Below are positions 31,426-41,600 of a DNA stretch of 64,000 bases, in pieces. The stretch is from a virus. How positions within the stretch are numbered: the first letter of the stretch is position 1; the number at the start of each line of letters is the position of its first letter. Location of the stretch: IMG/VR virus record IMGVR_UViG_3300033146_000850, positions 1 through 64,000 of that record; one strand, 5' to 3'. The notes below the pieces were generated by a model. It searched no databases, was not told where the DNA came from, and saw only the letters and a list, made by a program, of their open reading frames with translations. A program made the translations under genes and the position numbers.

Positions 31426-33774
31426 ATGAAAAGCGGTGTTATTGATTTAAAAAATACACAGAGTGATAATTCCCCAGATATAGGATATGTTAGAATTAGA
31501 GCTACTGACTCTGGTGTTGTTCAACTAATATTGGATGATGGAACTATAAAAAATATTTCTTCACCGTGGGAATTACCAGTTGAAAACAATACAGTAACTG
31601 ACCCTTCGGCATTATCACCATCACTATGGAATAGATATATTGTGGCTGAGGATGCTATAGGTGATTGGACAGGTCAAGATGATAATATTGCACAATGGAA
31701 TGGTGCTGGTTGGGAGTTTATAACCCCTGAACACGGTTGGATTGTGTATGTTAAAAGTGATAATCTATTATGGAGTTTTGATGGTGTTGATTGGGTTATT
31801 TCTAGTGGTGGTGGAAGTACTGGTGGGGTATATACCGAGGAATTTATTATTGGTGGTAGTAATCCAACATATACTGTTAATCACGAATTAGAAAGTAAAA
31901 ATTTAAACATTACTGCATATGAGGTTCCATCTTATAATAAAATATCTTTAGAATCAACTAATGACTCAATGAATACCACTACATTTTATGGAGATGGTGA
32001 GGCATTATTAGTTAGAGTTATTTTGGATGTTGGTGGAGGGTCAATGGAAGGAATAACTCCATTTGATGCTATAGAAGTTACATATTCAGACTTAACAACC
32101 ATTATAGGTAATATGGCTTTAAAAATAGGAAATTATTATAAAATAACAGATTTTAGAACTGTAAATGATGCTGGATTAGGAATGGTTAATACCGCACAAA
32201 TTGAAGAAATAATAGTTCAAGCTATTTCTGAAAACGTACTTGACCAACGAGCTTATTCAGCTGAGTTTATGTATGAGATTTTATATTATAATATTAATAA
32301 TACTGGTGAATCTACCCACGGGGTCATTACATATAGAGAAAATTTAGAACAAAATATAAAAACAGTGTTTGACTTTCGAGGTTGTCAATTTGCTAGGGTG
32401 AAATTAGACCCGTCAAGTCTTGTTAGTTGGAGTTCAGGGACAACATATACAACCTCTGATATTGTATTATATAATGATACATTGTGGAAGCCGATTCATA
32501 ACACTGGAAACGTAACAACAGAGGCTCCAGGAACTAATAGATATTGGGTTAAATTATTTGAAGAGGTATCACATAATTATACTTTATTTGAAACTACAAG
32601 TGGCTGGGCTAGTAGTTTAACTTTAGATGTTGGGAGTTATAAATTATTCCCAGTATTTGGGCAACCAAATATATCTGGGGAAACTTCGACTTTTAATATT
32701 AATCAATTTACAAATATTACTTGTAATTCAAATAATGTTATATTTATGTCAACATCAGGGACACACGATAATATCACGGTGGAAAGATATTGTGATGGTT
32801 TAACAATAGCCTCTAAGAATATTAGCAAGGCATATTTTGGGAGTGGGTCTAATAATACATCTACATCATATAGTGGATATATTTACAACGGTATTTTTAG
32901 TGATGGGATTAAAAATAGCTCTATTGATAAGATAGATGGTGTTAATATTAGAAAAGCTAGAAATTCAGTATTAGGGTCAGTATTTTCATCTGACCTTGAT
33001 GATATAAATACCTGTTATCTACAAAATATAAATAGATGTCAGTTTGGAGCATTTACTAGACAATTTTATGGAGGGGATATCTCTAATACAATAGTAGGAA
33101 TTGAATCATATAACAATGAAGTTGTATATTCTAGCTACAATACATTTGGAATGCGTTTTGAAAATAATAAAATCGAGACTGTTGAATTTAGAAATAATGT
33201 TATGGGGAATTATTTTAGGAGATTTATAATTCCTGAAACGATATCCTTTTTTAGTAATACTTTTGGTAATGAGGTAGGACATCATAGTATTGATTTTATT
33301 GTTAATTCACACTGGTATAGAAATAAGTTTGGAGATATGTGTTTTAGTCATGGTGGTTCATCAATAGGTGGTATGTGCACATACGTAACGGTGGGAAGCA
33401 ATCTTTACAATTTAAATGTAGGTGGTGATTTCCAAAACTCTAGTTTTGGTTCTGGTTGTAGAGATATTAATGTTACAAATGGGATAAATGGTGTTAATAT
33501 TGGAAGTAGTTGTGGACTCTTCAATTTAGGTGGACATTTTAGTCGATGTAATATTGCAGATGGTTGTTTAAATATTACAGTGCCAAGTGGGGTAAATCTA
33601 AATATGGTTGATTTTGGTGTTGGGTCAACTAATATAGATTTCACAGGAGCAACATCATCTTCACACATTGCTCAAAGTTACAATAAAGAGATTATAACTA
33701 GGGTTGATACATCCAAAGTTCTAAGATATACCGATAACTTAAACACTTTAATTTATGATTCAATTATAGGATAA
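31426..33774 (+). CDS. Fibre-like protein with DUF2793-like N-terminal module and beta-solenoid C-terminus
   Basis: RYIVAEDAIGDWTGQDDNIAQWNGAGWEF; N.FG/S.FG repeats. Confidence 0.7.
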   Translation: MKSGVIDLKNTQSDNSPDIGYVRIRATDSGVVQLILDDGTIKNISSPWELPVENNTVTDPSALSPSLWNRYIVAEDAIGDWTGQDDNIAQWNGAGWEFITPEHGWIVYVKSDNLLWSFDGVDWVISSGGGSTGGVYTEEFIIGGSNPTYTVNHELESKNLNITAYEVPSYNKISLESTNDSMNTTTFYGDGEALLVRVILDVGGGSMEGITPFDAIEVTYSDLTTIIGNMALKIGNYYKITDFRTVNDAGLGMVNTAQIEEIIVQAISENVLDQRAYSAEFMYEILYYNINNTGESTHGVITYRENLEQNIKTVFDFRGCQFARVKLDPSSLVSWSSGTTYTTSDIVLYNDTLWKPIHNTGNVTTEAPGTNRYWVKLFEEVSHNYTLFETTSGWASSLTLDVGSYKLFPVFGQPNISGETSTFNINQFTNITCNSNNVIFMSTSGTHDNITVERYCDGLTIASKNISKAYFGSGSNNTSTSYSGYIYNGIFSDGIKNSSIDKIDGVNIRKARNSVLGSVFSSDLDDINTCYLQNINRCQFGAFTRQFYGGDISNTIVGIESYNNEVVYSSYNTFGMRFENNKIETVEFRNNVMGNYFRRFIIPETISFFSNTFGNEVGHHSIDFIVNSHWYRNKFGDMCFSHGGSSIGGMCTYVTVGSNLYNLNVGGDFQNSSFGSGCRDINVTNGINGVNIGSSCGLFNLGGHFSRCNIADGCLNITVPSGVNLNMVDFGVGSTNIDFTGATSSSHIAQSYNKEIITRVDTSKVLRYTDNLNTLIYDSIIG

Positions 33775-33778
33775 TAAT

Positions 33779-34285
33779 ATGAAAATTAAAAATCAGATAA
33801 AACCATTACATAATTTACCACCGATACAATATCAAATATTACCTAGTATTATTAGTAGGGATTCAATACCTAATAGTGTTAGACATCTAGGTATGATTTG
33901 TTATGTAATCAGTGAAAATACAACTTATAGATTAGTTGGGGGGTTGACCAACTCTGATTGGGAGGAAGTTAAAACAGGTGGTGGAGGATATACTACTACA
34001 TTTGTTGATTCTGATTTGACAAGTGGATATATTGTATTTGAACATAATCTAAATGCGGAGAATAGTGTATGTAATGTTACTATTAGAAATAATATAAATA
34101 GACATATTATACCGGATGATATTATAGAGGTTGATTCTAACCATATAAGGGTTGATTTATCTATGATGCAACCCTTAATTGGTGAGTGGGCTGTTATAAT
34201 TAACTGTGTTGAATATGATGATATAGTAGTTAATAAAGAGCGATTAATAAATAGTTTTATAATAAATGATAATAATTTAGGTTAA
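33779..34285 (+). CDS. Small virion-associated protein
   Basis: RDSIP..RHLGMICYV module plus the HNL module shared with neighbours. Confidence 0.65.
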   Translation: MKIKNQIKPLHNLPPIQYQILPSIISRDSIPNSVRHLGMICYVISENTTYRLVGGLTNSDWEEVKTGGGGYTTTFVDSDLTSGYIVFEHNLNAENSVCNVTIRNNINRHIIPDDIIEVDSNHIRVDLSMMQPLIGEWAVIINCVEYDDIVVNKERLINSFIINDNNLG

Positions 34286-34297
34286 GGAGAATTTAAT

Positions 34298-35848
34298 ATG
34301 TCTATTGTTTTACAAAATAAATCAAAATCGAGGTTAGCTGTTGATATCAATAGTTCGGCAATGTCTTTGACCGTTGATAGTGGAACAGGTGATAATTTTG
34401 CAACTTGTGATTCGGAATCACATATGTGGATTACTATAATTGACCAGACAACATATGGTGGTGAGTCTGAAATACTAGAAATTGTAAAAGTTTCACCTAG
34501 AAGTGGAGACACTTTTACAATAGTTGAACGTGGTGCAGAGGGAACCACTGCTAGAGCCTTTGTTATTGGGGACATTGTAGAGCAAAGAATTACAGCACAA
34601 ACATTATTTGATTTGGGTGTATCAACAAATAAAAATCGAAAGTATGTAGATGAAATATATATTACTTTGAAACGACATGAGGAATTTTCAAATTCATTTG
34701 AAATGGAAAGATTTAATGATAAATATGCACCTCAACTAATTAGTAATTGGGATTCATATTGGGGTTCACGTTTAAAAGTTCAAGTTGAGGATATTACCAC
34801 ACACGTGATATATGATAATTTGAGTTTTGACACCACTGATGATATGTATAATTGGGGTTCGGCACATTGTACTCTTGATGCATTGTCTACATATAATGAG
34901 ACATTGATTGCTAGACCTTACGAGGTTATTGATTCATCTATTCCAACACCTAGTAAAATATATGGATTGAATAGATTTTATTCCTCCATCAAAGGTAGAA
35001 AAAATTATAATAATAATTTGATATGCACTGCTAATAATTCAAATCTGTTATCCGCTTGTACTACTATTTTTAATTCAGTATGGGGTACTAGTTTAACTGA
35101 TATGGATATGGATATTCATAGCATATGGTTAGGCAGACCTAAAAAAAATAAATATTCTAACCCACCATTTTTAAAAGATGGTCAATATGTTGTAAATTTT
35201 GATACGGCTAATGCCCCAACAAGACGTGAATATAATATTAATGATGGTGTTTTTTATGATAACTCGTTTGACCAATATAGTAATGTTAGTAGCACCGTTA
35301 GATATGCTTTTATTGAAACTGGTAATTATAATGTTAATATTACTGGGGTTGATGAATGGACTAGTATCAATTCTAGTATCAAGGATAGTGGTTCATCATA
35401 TATAATAGCTTGTGGTGTTCAAAATAATAATGCAAATGAACGAAAAGCAGTTGTGATTAAACCATTAGGAATAGACCAGGTTGTAATGATGATGCCAGAC
35501 TTTGAAATATATGATTTTGAGATTGTATTTTATAATAATGATATGCAAAATCATATATATGTAAAATCTTTTACCGATGATACAGATTTTATAGATACAT
35601 TTATTGATATTGACGGTGGTAAAATGTTAATGAATAGCTCCGAGTGGTTATCTGTAGATATTAATAGTCAGACTTATGTTTCACATAATTCTACTGGATA
35701 TAATGATTTACCTTGGTCAACTGTTAGGTTTAGGTTGAGGAATAAAATTACTAAAGAAATTTCAGAATTAAGTGAATCAGGTATAGTAACGGAGAAAAAA
35801 CATAACCTAAAACAATTACAAATGAAAATAAAATCTTTTAATTCCTAA
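34298..35848 (+). CDS. Virion-associated protein; C-terminal region paralogous to 40080..41483
   Basis: N-terminal EIVKV..RSGDTFTIVERGAEGT anchor-type motif; KIYGLNR..SIKG and IKPLGID. Confidence 0.7.
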   Translation: MSIVLQNKSKSRLAVDINSSAMSLTVDSGTGDNFATCDSESHMWITIIDQTTYGGESEILEIVKVSPRSGDTFTIVERGAEGTTARAFVIGDIVEQRITAQTLFDLGVSTNKNRKYVDEIYITLKRHEEFSNSFEMERFNDKYAPQLISNWDSYWGSRLKVQVEDITTHVIYDNLSFDTTDDMYNWGSAHCTLDALSTYNETLIARPYEVIDSSIPTPSKIYGLNRFYSSIKGRKNYNNNLICTANNSNLLSACTTIFNSVWGTSLTDMDMDIHSIWLGRPKKNKYSNPPFLKDGQYVVNFDTANAPTRREYNINDGVFYDNSFDQYSNVSSTVRYAFIETGNYNVNITGVDEWTSINSSIKDSGSSYIIACGVQNNNANERKAVVIKPLGIDQVVMMMPDFEIYDFEIVFYNNDMQNHIYVKSFTDDTDFIDTFIDIDGGKMLMNSSEWLSVDINSQTYVSHNSTGYNDLPWSTVRFRLRNKITKEISELSESGIVTEKKHNLKQLQMKIKSFNS

Positions 35849-35868
35849 ATTAAAATAATAAATATAAT

Positions 35869-36003
35869 AAAATAATGAATGGGAATGTTTAAAATACCCT
35901 TGTTCAGTAAAGAGGTCCGATTAAAATCCCTTTGTTCAGTAAGGTGGTCCGTTTAAAATCCCCTTGTTCAGTAAGGTGTTATTTTCCATTCATTATTTTT
36001 CTT
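35869..36003 (+). ncRNA. Candidate structured RNA: three 32-nt hairpin repeats enclosed by a 17-bp closing stem
   Basis: Units at 35889, 35921 and 35953 with invariant TTGTTCAGTAA. Closing stem 35869-35885 pairs with 35983-35999. AATAAATA at 35857. Transcription is inferred. Confidence 0.55.
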
Positions 36004-36014
36004 TAAATATAAAT

Positions 36015-36022
36015 CATAAATA
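36015..36022 (+). promoter_or_regulatory. Late promoter-like CATAAATA
   Basis: Lies between the hairpin array and the next gene. Confidence 0.55.
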
Positions 36023-36053
36023 TAATTAAAAGATATAAAACTTAGAGGGTATT

Positions 36054-38603
36054 ATGGGTAAACATTCTAGTGTTGATATTTATAAAAGTAATAATTCATT
36101 TGCACCTGAATCCGATTTTATAAGGATTAAAGGTGGTAGAGATAATAAAATATATTTCATTTTGGATAATGGGGATGAATATTTCATAAGTAGTCCGTGG
36201 GAGTTACCTGTGATATCTCAAACGGTAATTGACCCGTCAACGATAACCCCTGTAATAAATGACAAATATATAATACCTATAAACGCAACAGGCGATTGGG
36301 TAGGTCAGGATTCAAATATTGCTAATTGGAATGGTACTGTTTGGGAATTTATCACACCCGAAAAAAGTTGGGTGACGTATATTCAAGATACTAATTTATT
36401 AGCTGGATTTGATGGTAATGAATGGAAATTAATGTCCGTTCCAACTGATGAGATGACATTAGAGGTTTTGAATGATGAGATTACAATATTAGGTATTGAT
36501 ACTATTATAAACAGTAACGGTGTGAGTTTAGACCCCTCACACACACCAATGTCAAACCCAGATGCCGAATTAGTGACAAGAGGTTTTGTTGATTCTATCT
36601 CTACATCTGTTGATTATGCAACTATTGATTTAATACCAGCATTACCTAAAATGGGTGTTTGTAATTCAGAGAGAGATTTATATCATGAGGCTTGGAACCC
36701 TAAAATATTCACTAATATGACTGGGGTTGGTATGCACGATGACCCATTAAACGGTGTTGTATATATTCCTAAAAATATGACTACTTTATTGTATTGCTAT
36801 ACCTCTCCACCATCTCCTGTGCCAGCGGTTGATAATACACCAATATTAGACCCTGGAACATATCGGTTATATTCAAATATAGATTTAGTTCCATATGGTT
36901 TGAATATGACCGAGAATGTGTTATATTCAGGAGCAAGAAGTATAAATTTCACATCTAGATTTGAACAAGGAAGATGGCTACACGAGGCAGTTGTACCGTG
37001 GTCTGATTTTAGACTAAGTAGAGTATTAGTTAATACAGGACATCCAATGTTCTTTTATCAATTAATTTTATACGATGGATACCCTGGGACAAATACTGAT
37101 ATAACTATTACTGGAATTGATAGGATAATTAATGCTGATAAATGGAGTGTTGATGGGTTTATAACTAAAGCTATTCCTGAAAATGCCAATAATGAACTTG
37201 CTACTAGAAAATATATCGACAATACTAAAAACAATCCTGACAATATAACATTAGAGGTTAATACTGATAATAATATAATATGTTCTAATGAAAATGATAT
37301 ACAACTTGTATTAAATGATGCTTATGGACACAATATAGCCACTCACGGGTATCATTGGGTAACAACTACACCTGGGGTACCTACTCTTACAAATGGCACC
37401 TTAGAACTAAATTTACCAGATGATGGAAGTGGATTTTGTCAAGCATATCAGGGACAGGTGTTTATTGGTGATTCTAATAATGCTGGTATAAACGAGGAAA
37501 CTTGGAATGCATATGTTCATACAAATATGGATGTTAGAATTGATGGTATAAATTTTTGGTTATATACTAATAATTATGAGTTGGAGGTTGATGAAGTAAT
37601 TGAACTTAGTGATGGTAGTTTTTTACTTAGGTCAATGGTTCCAAAAGGAGAGTATAAGGAAATACTTGGATGTTGGGCAAGAATTGAAAGTAGCACCGTT
37701 AATATTACTAATCAACCGTGGTATCGTTTTGTTGATTGTAACCACTACCCTCCAAAGCAAATTATAAAGGTTAAAGAAATTGACCTTATAATTGACGATG
37801 ACGATGAATCGATTGATGGTTCAGATACACCAATGTCAGATGCTCATCATGAGCTTGTCACTAGAGCAAAAGTCGAAAGTCTTGTAAATAATAATACACA
37901 CTGGAACAAATCTGGCACAGAATTAAATCCGTCTGATGCTTTAGTGGATGTAATAAATCTGGAAATGACCCAGAATGGGTATACACAGATAAAAATTCGT
38001 AATAATAATGACACTGGAAATGGAGCAGGAGCTTTATTGGAGCTGAAAGGTTCTGGAGCAGATTATACAAATAATGCTTACTTCGGAATTTATAGTCCAG
38101 CCTTCTGGCTTTCACAATTAGCTGGAAAAGCCGTATTAATGTCAGATAGAGATGTTGTAATTGGAACAGTTGACTCAACAGGAGATATTAACTTTCTTAT
38201 TGGAAATTCTTACAGCTCACCAGTTGTAGTTGGACATCTAAATCAAGACGGATTCCATTTAGATGCACTTCAAACAACATCTGTGCATCCAGCAAGCTAT
38301 TATAACCTTTTTGTTGATGCAAGTACTGGTTTAATATATGCCAGTAACACAGGAGCAACTGGTAATACTCCAGCCACGGAAACTTTCACAATAGATGCTA
38401 CTATTGTTACAAATGGATATATAGACCTTTCAAACGCACCTAATCCAGACAATCATAATAGTGTTAACTGGAATGGTACGATATTATTTGAAGGAGCTAC
38501 CGAAGATTATACAATTACAGGAAATAGAGTGACTTTTCATACTAGTAATGGTGGAGTAGAACTCATTACTGGAATGAAAATACAAATTAAATATAAATAT
38601 TAG
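36054..38603 (+). CDS. Fibre-like protein with DUF2793-like module; N-terminus paralogous to 31426..33774
   Basis: ISSPWELPV shared; KYIIP.NATGDWVGQDSNIANWNG; three internal ID.II...EL.TR repeats. Confidence 0.7.
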   Translation: MGKHSSVDIYKSNNSFAPESDFIRIKGGRDNKIYFILDNGDEYFISSPWELPVISQTVIDPSTITPVINDKYIIPINATGDWVGQDSNIANWNGTVWEFITPEKSWVTYIQDTNLLAGFDGNEWKLMSVPTDEMTLEVLNDEITILGIDTIINSNGVSLDPSHTPMSNPDAELVTRGFVDSISTSVDYATIDLIPALPKMGVCNSERDLYHEAWNPKIFTNMTGVGMHDDPLNGVVYIPKNMTTLLYCYTSPPSPVPAVDNTPILDPGTYRLYSNIDLVPYGLNMTENVLYSGARSINFTSRFEQGRWLHEAVVPWSDFRLSRVLVNTGHPMFFYQLILYDGYPGTNTDITITGIDRIINADKWSVDGFITKAIPENANNELATRKYIDNTKNNPDNITLEVNTDNNIICSNENDIQLVLNDAYGHNIATHGYHWVTTTPGVPTLTNGTLELNLPDDGSGFCQAYQGQVFIGDSNNAGINEETWNAYVHTNMDVRIDGINFWLYTNNYELEVDEVIELSDGSFLLRSMVPKGEYKEILGCWARIESSTVNITNQPWYRFVDCNHYPPKQIIKVKEIDLIIDDDDESIDGSDTPMSDAHHELVTRAKVESLVNNNTHWNKSGTELNPSDALVDVINLEMTQNGYTQIKIRNNNDTGNGAGALLELKGSGADYTNNAYFGIYSPAFWLSQLAGKAVLMSDRDVVIGTVDSTGDINFLIGNSYSSPVVVGHLNQDGFHLDALQTTSVHPASYYNLFVDASTGLIYASNTGATGNTPATETFTIDATIVTNGYIDLSNAPNPDNHNSVNWNGTILFEGATEDYTITGNRVTFHTSNGGVELITGMKIQIKYKY

Positions 38604-38606
38604 AGG

Positions 38607-38840
38607 TTGTTAGTTATTATGATTATTGATACAGATGAGCGAGAAATTAAAATTAAAGATTTGAGTTTAGCAGCATTTATAAGGATGAAAAATAATATAC
38701 TTATAGATGTTAGGGATGGTTTTTTTATATTCCATTCTAAATTAACAGAGCGAGAGTGGAAAATAGAATTTTTAAAAAGTGAGAGTAGTAAGTTTGATAG
38801 GGAGGTTAGAGATTTAAGATGGTGTATAAAAAATAATTAA
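38607..38840 (+). CDS. Small DUF5659-like protein
   Basis: IKDLSLAAFI motif; TATAAATA at 38592. Confidence 0.55.
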   Translation: MLVIMIIDTDEREIKIKDLSLAAFIRMKNNILIDVRDGFFIFHSKLTEREWKIEFLKSESSKFDREVRDLRWCIKNN

Positions 38841-38851
38841 AGGAGGTCAAA

Positions 38852-40024
38852 ATGGCTTTATTAAGAGGTTCTTCACAAATTTTAGATTTAAGTATCCCGA
38901 TTGGTAAACTAGAATCTGATTTTTTAAATGGTGTAAATTGGGACATTACAGACGGAAACAACAATGCTACTATTACAGGGCTACAAGCAGGAACTAGTGC
39001 TAATGATGCTGTGAATTATCAACAGCTTATGGATTTAATTAACGGTCAGAGAGTCAGAGAAGTAAGAGTTTTCGCAACATCTAACGTTACTCTAAATGGT
39101 GCACACACGGAAGACGGCATAGCACTTAATACTGGAGACAGAATTGCGTGTTTTAATCAGACTACTTCTACCGAGGACGGTATTTATGTCGTTGACACAA
39201 CAGGAGCTTGGGCAAGAGCTACTAATTTTGATACTAATTTTGAAGCAAGAAGTTGTAAAATTCTTGTTTCAGAAGGAACTGCAAGGGAAAACACTCAATG
39301 GTTTATTACTAATGACAAAGGAAACGATGTTGTAGGAACAGCTGATTTAGTAGCTGTACAAACTGGTAGTTCAGGAATGATGACTGCTGATAATGGTTTA
39401 ACAATGACTGGAAGCAATATTCAGTTAGGTGGAGCATTAAATCAGAATACTACCATCACGACTGCGACTAATTCCTTTACTTTTTCTGGTACAGGGGTAG
39501 GCGGTACTTTTAATGTTCATGCAAATGATGCTGTAACCATTTGGGGAAACCAGGCTCAAATTATATTCAACAATCATTTAGATTTAGATGCCAATTTGAC
39601 TATCCGTTTTAATGACGATGAAATTAAATCATCATCAGTTCTGAGTGCAATTCCATTTTCAATGACAGCAACGACTGATTATGGTAATGGTAATGGTACA
39701 TCAGCAGGAGATGTTATTGACCAATTCAGAGCCGATTTTACAGATGATGCTATTGTTAATGCTTTAGTTGAGCTTAAAGCTATAGTTGATAATCCAGAAG
39801 TGATAATAGAGGAAAGTATTACTGTAGCCAACGGAACATCAATCACTCTTACAAATGGAACTACTACATCTGTAATTAAAGATGTATTTCTTAATGGTAA
39901 TAGACTTGTTCCAACAACCGAATTTACAGTCGGAGATAATGGAACATACAGAACAATCACAGAAGTAATCGCAAATCAGGATTTTACAGATGGCGATGTT
40001 GTTACAGTTAAGTATGTAGCTTAA
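38852..40024 (+). CDS. Virion fibre/decoration protein
   Basis: ITGLQAGT.ANDAVNYQQL; VRVFATSNVTLNG..DG..L..GDRI..NQ....DGIYVV module; AGGAGG RBS. Confidence 0.75.
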   Translation: MALLRGSSQILDLSIPIGKLESDFLNGVNWDITDGNNNATITGLQAGTSANDAVNYQQLMDLINGQRVREVRVFATSNVTLNGAHTEDGIALNTGDRIACFNQTTSTEDGIYVVDTTGAWARATNFDTNFEARSCKILVSEGTARENTQWFITNDKGNDVVGTADLVAVQTGSSGMMTADNGLTMTGSNIQLGGALNQNTTITTATNSFTFSGTGVGGTFNVHANDAVTIWGNQAQIIFNNHLDLDANLTIRFNDDEIKSSSVLSAIPFSMTATTDYGNGNGTSAGDVIDQFRADFTDDAIVNALVELKAIVDNPEVIIEESITVANGTSITLTNGTTTSVIKDVFLNGNRLVPTTEFTVGDNGTYRTITEVIANQDFTDGDVVTVKYVA

Positions 40025-40038
40025 TGTTTAATAGGTTT

Positions 40039-40064
40039 AGCTCCTACCTAAAAGGAGCTTTTTT
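40039..40064 (+). terminator. Intrinsic terminator
   Basis: agctcct-acctaaa-aggagct followed by T run. Confidence 0.85.
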
Positions 40065-40079
40065 ATATAGGAGGATATA

Positions 40080-41483
40080 GTGGGACAAATAAGAAATTCA
40101 CAAATTATAAATAATGACCTAACAGGGGCTAGTATCAATAGAAACTTTAGGTTTTTTGATGAAAGAGAAATACCTATCAGTGCAGGTGAAATTAGATTTT
40201 GGCAAGGTGTGTTCTGGAGGGTTATATCAGATATAACTATAACTGAAACTGGAGGCTCAATTCCTAAAGAGGGTGATATGACATATTCCCCTGATTCTCA
40301 ACCTATTTATTGGCAAAAAATACCTAATTATGGGGTTGATAGGATTGTTTTTGAAAGTATGGATATACCTGGATATAATATAACAACTAACATCTTGAAT
40401 GGTGATTGTATTCAACCAATGGCTAGTAGAATGCATAATAATTGGGAAGTATATGGTGAAAATTTATTATTTGATGTTACTGATGAAGGTGGTAATTCGT
40501 GGTATGGTTTAACTTTTCCAACTATTACAGATTATATCACGTGGCATAATAGTCAAACATTTATATCTATGGTTCACGTTGAAATATATGGGTTGTTAAA
40601 TAGTAAAAAAAATAATTATCATAAGATTTATGGTAGAAATGAGGGTTTATCTATAATTAAGGGGTGTGATATTAACGGTAGAAGTAATTATCATAAAAAT
40701 ATATGTTTATTTCAATCGAATTGGGATGAAAGAAGCACATTTGCAATGGATATATTAAATAGATTAACAGGAACAACACCATCCAGTTCGACCGATGCCC
40801 AAAGATGCATACATTCACCAGGAAATCAATCAATTTATACATTATACCAAACACTAAACACACCTAATACTATACATTTTAATGGTGGATTAAATTCAAA
40901 TAAAAGATGTTATAATCCATCAACTTTAGGGTTTAACTCTATTAATTCGGGGGATGTTTTTCTACCAATGCTTGGTGGTAATGGATTTTATGCTATTACA
41001 CAAAATACAGGTGGGTGGTCATTTATAGGTGTTCAAAATCTTGTTGATAATAGATATATTGACAGTGTAAGTCTTGTTAAAGTATATGGATTTCAAAGAA
41101 ATGACGGTTGTGTTATTGCTATAGTTAAACCAGTAGGTCAAGATTCATGGAGAATATCTTGGAAAGAACCTGTAAATAATAAAAAAATAATAATAGGATT
41201 TTATAATAGGGATGATAAAATGATATTAAAAGATGTTACATCTTTAGTTGATTCGTTTTCCAATGGTGGAACATCATTTTTAATACCTAAAAGTGTATTG
41301 AGTGCTGGTAATAAATCATCAACTAATTATAATTTATCAAAAATGACCGTTAGGAATATGGAAATTTTTATATCTGATGGTGATGGATTTATTTCAAAAG
41401 TACCACATTCTATAGATTGGATATTGAAAGCAAATGGTGCAAAGGCATATTTATTACTCAATAATAATCATTCATATAATTAA
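40080..41483 (+). CDS. Virion-associated protein; paralogue of 34298..35848
   Basis: GTG start with AGGAGG; KIYGRNE..IIKG and VKPVGQD. Confidence 0.7.
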   Translation: MGQIRNSQIINNDLTGASINRNFRFFDEREIPISAGEIRFWQGVFWRVISDITITETGGSIPKEGDMTYSPDSQPIYWQKIPNYGVDRIVFESMDIPGYNITTNILNGDCIQPMASRMHNNWEVYGENLLFDVTDEGGNSWYGLTFPTITDYITWHNSQTFISMVHVEIYGLLNSKKNNYHKIYGRNEGLSIIKGCDINGRSNYHKNICLFQSNWDERSTFAMDILNRLTGTTPSSSTDAQRCIHSPGNQSIYTLYQTLNTPNTIHFNGGLNSNKRCYNPSTLGFNSINSGDVFLPMLGGNGFYAITQNTGGWSFIGVQNLVDNRYIDSVSLVKVYGFQRNDGCVIAIVKPVGQDSWRISWKEPVNNKKIIIGFYNRDDKMILKDVTSLVDSFSNGGTSFLIPKSVLSAGNKSSTNYNLSKMTVRNMEIFISDGDGFISKVPHSIDWILKANGAKAYLLLNNNHSYN

Positions 41484-41496
41484 AAACATAAATAAT

Positions 41497-41600
41497 ATTG
41501 ATTAGGGTTGTAATACTAAGATACCCTAACTATAAAGGTATGATACTAAAAAACCTTAACTAAAAGGATTTAATACTAAAAAATCCTAACTAATTTTTAT
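41497..41600 (+). ncRNA. Candidate structured RNA or leader: three 30-nt hairpin repeats with covarying stems and ATACTAA loop
   Basis: Units at 41501, 41531 and 41561; stems AGGGT/ACCCT, AAGGT/ACCTT, AGGAT/ATCCT; CATAAATA at 41487. Confidence 0.6.

Noticed and set aside
35889-35984. CRISPR mini-array or TIGR array interpretation
   Set aside because: Units are contiguous with no unique spacers; no cas or Nop-domain gene was recognised in the window.
41501-41590. CsrA/Rsm sponge or simple terminator
   Set aside because: Loops are ATACTAA, not GGA; stems are short with large loops and only the last is followed by T residues.
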